64,000 nt of DNA from an uncultured Candidatus Entotheonella sp. (GTDB taxonomy: Bacteria; Tectomicrobia; Entotheonellia; Entotheonellales; Entotheonellaceae): NCBI GenBank assembly GCA_965217185.1, contig OZ244252.1:1760001-1824000 (forward strand), read 5' to 3'. A program made the position numbers and the translations under genes. The stretch's first letter is position 1, and every line of letters begins with the position of its first letter. Below the pieces are notes generated by a model. It was not told the DNA's origin, did not search any database, and saw only the letters and a list, made by a program, of their open reading frames with translations. Shown one piece after another: positions 56,420 to 64,000 of the stretch.

Positions 56420-57738
56420 CAATACTTCGGACAGTCCTCAAGCCGCCCTGTCAGAGATGGTGCCATAGTTGCAAAGGTCTTGGTAATCGGGGCTGGATTT
56501 TTCCAGGCTATGACCCTGGGCTAAATGACGAGAAATTCGCTCCAGCAGATGTTGGTTGAAAGCGCGCCGTTTGAGACTCGCCATGGAAAACCCTGCCTGG
56601 GCACCGCCGCGTTGCTGAAGCGCTTCCAGCTTGCCCAAGGTCAGAGCACTCATGCTGGCATTGAAGTGAAAATGCAGCTTGGCTTGCGAGCGCGCTTGAC
56701 AGGCACTCAGAGACGTAAATTGCTTGGCGTCCCTGAAGAGAAACTCGATTTGGAAGCGTGCTTTGTATCCACGATAAAGCGTCTGCGCATCCAAGTCGGT
56801 ATCGCTGCTGAACAGGACCGCCCGCCGCTGGGTGCGGGTATCGACGACGAGCACCACACGCAGATTGCGCCGAAGATGGACGTGGTTGAGGAGTTGATGG
56901 TAGAGCACCACGTCGTCGTCTTCGCCCTGTACCCGTTCAAAGCGTGACAGGTCGTCCCACTGGACCTTACCGTCATAGGTCTTGGGTCGCCCCGGTCCTG
57001 AGCGCCCCGGTCCTTGGTAGAGATAGCGCAGATTGGCGTCACGGCGCAGTTTGCCAATCTGGTGCATCCCCAGGGCGCGAACCCCATCGAGGAATTTACG
57101 CTTGCTGTAATAGCCATCCGCTATCACATAGCGTAGATGACCCAGGTGATGGTCACAGACCACACGCTGCAATTGCTCCAGATAGGCATCGATGCGTGTG
57201 CCTTGCGGCTCCGAGGTCTTGTCGCTTGGGGGTGTCTGCTCGACACTGAGGCCATAGGCGCATCTGTCGGTGATGTCGAGCCCAGGCTACAGCAGAGACT
57301 TCCAGACCTTTTTCACTGCGCCGCTGGCGGCTGTTCCAGAAGCGTTCAAGGCCATAGGTGTGGGTGCCGCTTTTGGGGATAAAGCTGGCATCGATAACGA
57401 GGGCCTGCTGATGGTCGGGCGCCATCACCTGGGTAATCGCTGCTTTGTTGAGTGCGACAAAGTCAAACGGGCGTCCATACCACCGCGCAAACGTACGTTC
57501 GTGATAGGAACTGTAGCGGCTGAGATTACGAAACGTGGCGTGGCCGGGAAGCATCAGCACAAGCCCCAGCAGATGGGTAATGAACTTTCGTTGCGGTTTC
57601 TTGGTTTGGGGCAAGGTCGCAAGTACACTCTGAAGCAGTCGCACGGAGCACCTCCATTCTCGGTTGCGTTGGCTAACACAACTCTAGAATTGGAGGGCTC
57701 GTGCGGCTACCTCTTTGTCAAAACTGTCCGAAGTATTG
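56420..57738 (-). mobile_element. Insertion sequence, 1319 bp (IS4-superfamily/IS701-like DDE)
   Basis: Perfect 16-bp TIRs CAATACTTCGGACAGT / ACTGTCCGAAGTATTG; 6-bp TSD TTGGAA at 56414-19 and 57739-44. Confidence 0.93.
56438..57644 (-). pseudogene. DDE transposase with a +1 frameshift at about 57281-57283
   Basis: The 5' frame carries VIDASFIPKSG and the 3' frame carries IADGYYS and Y..RFQIEFLFRDAKQ. Removing one G from TGG-G-CTC joins them (VAW-LDITD). Confidence 0.88.
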
Positions 57739-57784
57739 TTGGAAAACGCGATTGTCAAATCCAGGTCGTCTCACACCAGGACAC

Positions 57785-57822
57785 AAAAAAAGAGCCACCG
57801 GCAAATTGCGGTGGCCCCTTTT
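57785..57822. terminator. Intrinsic terminator-like hairpin
   Basis: A7-GA-GCCACCG-loop-CGGTGGC-CCC-TTTT. Confidence 0.6.
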
Positions 57823-58042
57823 GCACTGATCGAGCATCGACAGGACTTGGTGAAGGAATTACAACTCAAATGGAAACTGTCAGACACAACCGATGATTCC
57901 CCATGTTCGTCGTTCGACCTGCACGGTACGCCGTCTCGAGCATCGGGAACGCCACTTCGTCGGCCCTGAACCCTCCCAGCGCAGCCGCACCCACGTGCCG
58001 CAGTTCACGTCCTGCACCGGTCCGCCACGCCAACGAACGTAA

Positions 58043-58680
58043 TTACCGCTTCACCCCGAAAGCCCCGAAATAAATGGGCGTCTCAAATGCCCCGGACGCC
58101 TCGTCGGCCTGCGGGCCCAGAAAGGTCCCTTCCATTCGGGAGCCCGCACCGGCCGGCAAGTCCGTTCCGAAGGCGCCGTCAGAGCCAGAGGTGTCTATTT
58201 CGACCCTGTCAACGCCGTCGTTGTTCAAGAAAGCAACGTCGAGATGCAGGTTATACGAAAGACCACCCGCAGGGCTTGTCCCGATTGACCTCATGGTCAA
58301 AACGGCTGGCCCCCAAACCACATCGCCGGAAGCTTTTTCCATTCCCAGGGCGTCACCCCTCCATGCGGCATTCGGAAAAAGGAAATCCGGCTGGCCACCG
58401 TCCAAAGGTGGCCGGTACCTATGGTCAACCAGGTAGTCGTACCCCGCTCCAAAATACTCGCCGTCCGGCTGAACGTCGCTCCCGATCCAGAAGATCCCAT
58501 AATCCAGGATGCCATACACGGCTCTGGAATCGTTTCCCGGAGACACATACGTTCCTGGAGCCGGGCGCGCTTGAATCTTGGGAATGTCCGATGAAAGAGG
58601 CATCTCGTTCCAATAATCCCACTCTTTCGGGGAAGGGCTGTCGATGCGAGGTAGCCACAGCTTGCGATCATCCGCTGAAT
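58043..58680 (-). pseudogene. 3' part of a TbpB-like beta-barrel surface lipoprotein gene interrupted by the intron
   Basis: C-terminus MEGTFLGPQADEASGAF...FGAFGVKR matches the TbpB-barrel ending; the frame is open back to the intron boundary. Confidence 0.7.
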
Positions 58681-60706
58681 GTCGGGTCGGAGGAGGCGCC
58701 CCATGGGGCTGGCCTCCGTCCGCCGCTCAAACGGCCCGTACGGTTTTCCCGTAAGCCGCTTTCACAAAGGTGTCGCACGAGGGTTCAAGGAAGGAACCAG
58801 CGAGATCAAGCGTACAAGCCCGTATTCGACGATAAGCCTGCGCTCCGGCAGGTCTCTCCACCCGCCGTTGCGCCATCGCTTGCGGCGATGCGACCAAATG
58901 CGCCGCACGATCCAGCCGTCAAGCTGAAGGAAGAGCCGGCGGACATGGGCCTTGCAGTAGTTACTGGCCCCAACCTCGAATGACCGGGTTGATCTGGCCG
59001 ATCAACTCCTGCGTACTGACTGGAGCCTTTCGACGGGTGCGCTTACGGATCTGGTCCTTGAAGTGCCGAATGGATCTCTCACGCGGAACCGCATAGCGCG
59101 TTCCCCCGTGAATCCCGCTCCTGATCTGCGAGGCTCGCAACCTGAGAGGCCGCTGGCCTTGCTTGATCTTGTAGCCGAGAAACTCAAACCCGTTTCTGAC
59201 ATGCACAATCCGGGTTTTCTCGGTGTGCAGGGTCACACCCAGCTTGGCCAGTATCCGCTTGGCCACGTCCAGTGCCGCACGGGCTTCCCCGCGGTTGCGG
59301 CACGTCAGCAGCCAGTCGTCGGCATACCGGGTCAGCCGATAGCCACGACGACGCATCTCCCAATCAAACGGGGTCAGCAAGATATTACTGAGCAGAGAGG
59401 AAACAACCCCGCCCTGAGGCGTGCCCTGTTCGGTCGGAAGCTTTCTGCCGTCAACTACCACTCCGGCCCTGAGTATCTGCCGAAGCAGGCCCAGGACGCG
59501 ACCGTCCGAAACTCGCTGGTTAACGAGCACAAGGAGCTTTTCGTGGTCCACGGACCCGAAAAAGTCTGACAGGTCCGCATCAACTACCCATTCAAACCCC
59601 TCGTCCAGTTCCCGCCATATCTTGCGCAGTGCTCCGTGGGCGGACCTCCCCCGCCGGTAGCCGTAGTTGGCATCATCGAATACCGGCTCGAAGATCGGCT
59701 CCAGTCGGTTCAGCAACGCCTGCTGGCATACCCGGTCATAGATCGTCGGGATACCCAGAGGACGAAACTTCCCCGGCTGGCCCGCCTTGGGAATCAGGCG
59801 TTGGAGAACCGGCTGCGGCACATAATCCCCGTCCCGCAACTCCCGGTGCAGACGGTCAAGGTTCGCATCAAGCGATGCCTCGAACGCCACCAAGTCTTCC
59901 CCATCCACGCCACCGGCACCCCGGTTGCGCTTCACCTTCTCCCAGGCCACCTCCAGATTCTTCCGCTTGTACACCTTGTCCACCAGTGAGTGGACCTTCC
60001 TGTCACCCGTCGGGTTGAGCCAGTCAACAAGTCTCCTCGGTCCGTGACGTCCGGGTCTTTCGCTCAGGGAACTTATCCGCGTCATAGCCCTTACTCGCTT
60101 ATTGCCTGTCTCGTACCGGCCACCTCTGCCAACCGCCTTCCCCGGCCCACCCGGCCGCCGCTTGCGCGGTCACCCGGCTTTCGCCGGGCTTCAGGTACTA
60201 TTCGGTTGTCCGATTGCTCGCCGTGCATCCTTTCCCACTTCGCCTCTCGGCTTATAGGGTCCGTTATCCCGGCGCCACCCGGAAACACGTCGAGCCCTCC
60301 TGGGGTCACGTCCAGATCTTCCGTACCGTGCCGTTCGCAAACACCCTGGTGCGACGGGTGGGTAAGAACGCCTTCGCCGTCATAATGCCGGCTCGACCTT
60401 GCCCCGTCTTTGGCCGACCGATTCATCGTGGGGCAGCCCCCTTGATTACGGCCCGGTACTTCTCCGCAAGCCCTTCGGATTCCACCTCGCGGTGGACACC
60501 CTGCCCTCCGGTTTGTCTCTCGACAGCGAGCCGACTTAGCTCCACCCTTGGCTGTTTCCGCCGTTTCCGGCTTTGTGCCCGTTTAGGGTCTCGCTTATCA
60601 ACTCACCCCGGCCAGTGAGGCATTACCCCCACTTTTGGATATGACGCCCCTTACCCGGGCGTCAGTGGGACTTGAACCCACCTGATCTGGGCGCTGCCCA
60701 GCACAC
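58681..60706 (-). mobile_element. Group II intron (about 2.03 kb)
   Basis: 5' end GTGTGC (alternative start 60708); domain V AAGCGGCTTACGGGAAAACCGTACGGGCCGTTT; domain VI ending ...CCGACCCGAC; encloses an RT ORF. Confidence 0.88.
58762..60085 (-). pseudogene. ltrA: Group II intron reverse transcriptase/maturase, frameshifted in domain X; no endonuclease domain
   Basis: GAGGVDG, RPLGIPT..DR, GTPQGG, RYADD and FEFLG motifs. GGC CAG TAAC TAC has one extra A; the frame resumes YCKAHVRRLF...LDGWI.RR and ends at TGA 58762. Confidence 0.9.
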
Positions 60707-60931
60707 ACGACGTGCGTTCTGACTTCACCGCGCGAGTTCACCGCGCGAGGCGGCAACAAGAAACACGTCGCGGGCAGTCGTGCCCGCCTCGCCTGGCAAC
60801 AGCCAATCTATGGTCGTCAGCGACTCGGGCATGGATTGCGTCATCGCCCGCCCGCCCCCGCAGCCAGACGACGCCAGCGCAAATGCGCAAACCGCCAGCA
60901 GAACCATCGCGTTGTTAAACACTTTGAACAT
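60707..60931 (-). pseudogene. 5' part of the lipoprotein gene (signal peptide and lipobox) upstream of the intron
   Basis: AGGAGA RBS; MFKVFNNAMVLLAVCAFALASSG-C-GGG; premature TGA inside a 13-bp duplication. Confidence 0.65.
60724..60749. repeat. 13-bp tandem duplication
   Basis: TTCACCGCGCGAG twice in tandem. Confidence 0.9.
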
Positions 60932-61025
60932 CTCTCCTATCTCAACAACGGTAGATCGGATTAGCAAAGCGTAATGCGATATTCCACTTGCCTACCCTGG
61001 CTGAAACTGTCACGCGACCGGCACC

Positions 61026-61442
61026 TTACGCCGGCTCGAACATCGGAAGCGCCACCTCCTCGGCGCCCTGATCATCCCAGCGCAGCCGTACCCGCATGCC
61101 GCATTTCACCTCCTGCACCGGATCCGCCACACCGACGATGTTCGACATGATCCGAAAGCCCTCGTCGAGGTCCACGTATGCCACCGCGTAGGCGCCCAGG
61201 TCGGCAAAGGCCGGGTGGCGGCTCTGCATGATGACACTGAAGGTGTACACCGTCCCCTCGCCTTTGGAGACGTGCCAGGTGGTATCGCGCCCGCCACATT
61301 CGGGGCAGTGGCGGCGCGGGTAGAAGATGACGGCGTGACACCCGTTACAGGTCTGGTACGTCAGCTCACGGCGCTTGGTGGCGTCCCAGAAAGGCTGCGT
61401 GTCCGGCTCGGGAAAACGGGGTTGGGGTCGTGGTGCGGCCAT
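61026..61442 (-). CDS. DUF35 Zn-ribbon/OB-fold thiolase partner
   Basis: PFWDA, CxxC...YPR..CPEC, GTVYTFS and VDLDEG motifs. Confidence 0.92.
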   Translation of the reverse strand: MAAPRPQPRFPEPDTQPFWDATKRRELTYQTCNGCHAVIFYPRRHCPECGGRDTTWHVSKGEGTVYTFSVIMQSRHPAFADLGAYAVAYVDLDEGFRIMSNIVGVADPVQEVKCGMRVRLRWDDQGAEEVALPMFEPA

Positions 61443-61494
61443 GATCGTCCTTTCTCCTATTGGTATGGCGTTATGTCAAAGGGGTTCGCGAGGA

Positions 61495-62685
61495 TCAGTC
61501 GGCGGCCAGAATGGTGACCGCGGTGGCGTGACGGGAACCGAGCTGGCCGCCGTTGCCCACCGCAACGGCCAGCTTGGCGTCGTTCACCTGCGAAGTGGAC
61601 TCGCCGCGCAACTGCCGGGCGGCCTCGATCAACAGGAAGATGCCGCGCTGCCCAGGGTGGTTCGACGACAACCCGCCGCCGTCGGTATTCAAGGCCGGCT
61701 TGCGCGGATCGTCGAACACCAGGTGGCCCTCGCTCACGTATGCCCCGCCCTCGCCCTTGGCGCAGAATCCCAGATCTTCGATGAGGCACATGACGGTAAT
61801 GCTGAAGGAGTCGTAGGCCATCAGCACGTCGATCTCGGCGGGCGTCACGCCGGCTTCGCCAAACGCCGGGGAGGCGGCCTGCGCCCCGGCGCTGACGGTG
61901 ATGTCGCCGCCGTTCTCGCGGTACTTGGTGGCCTCACCGGTGCCGATGATCCACACCGGCTTCTTGCGGGTGTTGCGGACCACTTCGGGGGACGCAATGA
62001 CCACCGCGCCGCCGCCGTCTGACACCATGCAGCACTCCAGCAGGTGTAACGGGTAGGCAATCAGGCGCGACTCCAGCACGTCGCTGACGGTGATCTCGCG
62101 CACCCCCACAAACTGCAGGTCGGTCATCGCCTGTACGGCTTCCGGGTTGCGCATGGCGTGGCGCCGCGTGGCCACGGAGATGTGGGCGAACTGCGCGTCC
62201 GTGGTGCCGTACTGGTGCATGTGGCGGTTTTTCACCATGGCGTAATTGCCGATGAGCGTCAGGCCCCACGGGTCTTCCATGTTGTTGACCAACGTTGACG
62301 GCCCGGCACTGGTGGCGCCCGCGGTGCCGATGGCGCGGCGGTCGGAATGGGCGGTGGCGCCATAGGTCAGCAGGGCCACGTTGCACTTGCCCGCGGCGAT
62401 CATGTTGAGGGCGTGGTTGGCCTGAAACTCGAAGGAGCTCCCGCCCACGTAGGTCGTATCAATGAGCCGGGGCTTGAGGCCGAAATACTCCGCGATGGCC
62501 AGCCCGCTGATGCCCTGATCGCCCCCAGTGTCGTACACCGCGTCGACGTCCTGCCAGTTCAGCCCGGCGTCTTCGAGGCTGCGCGCAGCGCACTCCGCTT
62601 TGATTTGCAGGGCGCTGACACTGCCGTCCACGCGCAAGGGATATTCATGAATTCCAACAATAGCGGCGTCTCTCCGCTGCGCCAT
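61495..62685 (-). CDS. Thiolase-family protein (SCP-x/lipid-transfer type)
   Basis: GGSSF, CCMVSDGGGA, YDSF, LNTDGGGLS..HPG and EAARQLRG motifs. Confidence 0.92.
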   Translation of the reverse strand: MAQRRDAAIVGIHEYPLRVDGSVSALQIKAECAARSLEDAGLNWQDVDAVYDTGGDQGISGLAIAEYFGLKPRLIDTTYVGGSSFEFQANHALNMIAAGKCNVALLTYGATAHSDRRAIGTAGATSAGPSTLVNNMEDPWGLTLIGNYAMVKNRHMHQYGTTDAQFAHISVATRRHAMRNPEAVQAMTDLQFVGVREITVSDVLESRLIAYPLHLLECCMVSDGGGAVVIASPEVVRNTRKKPVWIIGTGEATKYRENGGDITVSAGAQAASPAFGEAGVTPAEIDVLMAYDSFSITVMCLIEDLGFCAKGEGGAYVSEGHLVFDDPRKPALNTDGGGLSSNHPGQRGIFLLIEAARQLRGESTSQVNDAKLAVAVGNGGQLGSRHATAVTILAAD

Positions 62686-62874
62686 TGACGACTCCTTTCT
62701 CTCCTGATGAGGCGGGTTCAAAGCTTGCTAGCCGAAGGGGGCGTCAACGTACCACGCAGCCCCAGGGCCGTCAACGCAAGGCGTTTGCATTCACCGCCCC
62801 GTTCGTGTAGCTTACCGGCCCTGTTCAGCCTCGCCCAGAAACATCAGTTTGACTTCACGAGCGGGCAGCCAGCC

Positions 62875-64000
62875 ATGACCGACCTTCTCGTCGCAGAGCC
62901 ACCCGAAACCACTCGGACCGTGCCAGCGGGCGCTTCCCCCATGGCGGTGCTGTCGCAGACCCGCAGTTTCAAGGATCTGGACCGGCCGACCCTCGAAGTC
63001 CTGGTGGCGGCGGCGGATACCCACCGCATCGAAGCCGGACGCGCCCTGTTCCGCGAGGGCGAGCCGTTCGGCAACCTCGTTTACATCCTGTACGACGGCG
63101 CCATGCGGCAATACCGGGCGAGCGGCGCCGAAGCGGAGGTGCACCAGGGCGACTTCCTGGCCTTGGCCAACTACGTGGACCGCGCCCCCTTCGGTTCTAC
63201 CGTCGAAGCTCGCAGCGACTGTGTCGTCCTCGGATTGGCTGCGGAAACGCTGGAACAGCTTGAGCGCAACTACCCTTCCCTCTTCAACTGCCTGAACCGC
63301 ATCATTGCCCACAAGCTGCGCGCCCGCAGCCCGGTGCGGGACATCAACCGCGGTGTTCTGGCACAGCCGGTGCGCAGCATCATGAACCGGCCCGTCACCT
63401 GCAGCCCCGACACACGGCTGCGCGACGCCATGTCGCTGATTCGCCAACGCAGCATCGGCGGCCTGGTGGTCACGGACGCCGACAATCGCCTGCTGGGTAT
63501 CCTCACCCGCGCCAGCCTCGCCGAGGCGGTGCTTCTGCAGGAAGCGCGCGCGGATGACGCGGTCCTGCCTAAGGCCTGCCAGCAGGCCCACACGGTGGAG
63601 CCGAATACGCCGCTGTGGCAGGTTCAGGAAATCCAGCAGCACTTCGCCACCAAGTACGTCGTTGTCGTGGATCAGGACGCTCCGGTCGGCGTGGTGGCCC
63701 AGAGCGACATCCTACGAACGCTGATTTCTTCGCCCGGGGTGCTGACGCCGCACGTCGCGCAAACCAGGAATTTGCAGGAACTCGTCGAGTTGAAGTCGCG
63801 TCTCGTCGAAGAGGCCGCCGACATCCGGGAAGCCAATCGCTGGGCGCGCGCCGCGGTGCGCTTCCTGAGCGAAACCCATCTGGCCATCCAGCGCCGGGTG
63901 GTCGCCCTCAGCCTCGATTGGATGCGTGATCGGGGACACGGCGAGCCGCCGGCGCCGTTCGCCCTCCTCATCATGGGCTCCGGCGGCCGCAAGGAAATGC
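62875..64000 (+). CDS. cNMP-binding / CBS / DUF294 nucleotidyltransferase-like protein (runs off the window end)
   Basis: Not in the ORF track. Manual translation from ATG 62875 is open to the end: LFREGE cNMP domain, CBS repeats (VRSIMNRPVTCSPD, LLGILT), then PPAPFALLIMGSGGRKEM. Confidence 0.88.
   Translation, partial: MTDLLVAEPPETTRTVPAGASPMAVLSQTRSFKDLDRPTLEVLVAAADTHRIEAGRALFREGEPFGNLVYILYDGAMRQYRASGAEAEVHQGDFLALANYVDRAPFGSTVEARSDCVVLGLAAETLEQLERNYPSLFNCLNRIIAHKLRARSPVRDINRGVLAQPVRSIMNRPVTCSPDTRLRDAMSLIRQRSIGGLVVTDADNRLLGILTRASLAEAVLLQEARADDAVLPKACQQAHTVEPNTPLWQVQEIQQHFATKYVVVVDQDAPVGVVAQSDILRTLISSPGVLTPHVAQTRNLQELVELKSRLVEEAADIREANRWARAAVRFLSETHLAIQRRVVALSLDWMRDRGHGEPPAPFALLIMGSGGRKEM

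Noticed and set aside
58762..60085. RT as a retron, DGR or CRISPR-associated RT
   Set aside because: Domain V/VI, a GTGYG 5' end and a domain X place it in a group II intron; no TR/VR pair, msr-msd or cas genes were seen.
1..64000. CRISPR array or rRNA genes
   Set aside because: No regularly spaced repeats with spacers and no rRNA-like sequence were seen; nearly all long stretches are explained by protein-coding genes.

Overview
GC-rich bacterial chromosomal segment. The gene mix (DUF6178- and DUF4911-like genes, CoA-transferase, SDR, thiolase, molybdoenzyme) suggests a Tectomicrobia or deltaproteobacteria-like organism; this is inference only. The left half is mostly housekeeping: leuA, trkA, dcd, moaD/E, oligopeptide ABC ATPases, tRNA-Val/tRNA-Asp, folD, alkA, dut, argJ. 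The middle holds catabolic and lipid-modifying genes: an ACP-FAAL-PlsC trimodular protein, an XDH-family Mo subunit, a B12 radical SAM enzyme and an HTTM pair. A lower-GC insert carries a 151-bp MITE and an ABC-ATPase plus PD-(D/E)xK-like gene pair. A methionine/sulfur cluster (metC, metY, metA, and a MetB-like PLP enzyme fused to tandem Nfu Fe-S carrier domains) is interrupted by a PaeR7I/XhoI-type R-M system. The right end has a frameshifted IS with exact TIRs and a 6-bp TSD, and a group II intron with a frameshifted RT inside a TbpB-like lipoprotein gene. The most notable items are the MetB-Nfu fusion, the candidate two-gene defence module, a perfect 25-bp inverted repeat that breaks a nuclease gene, the MITE, and two sulfur carriers with masked C-terminal GG. 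Family calls come from motif recognition by eye; no database searches were run.
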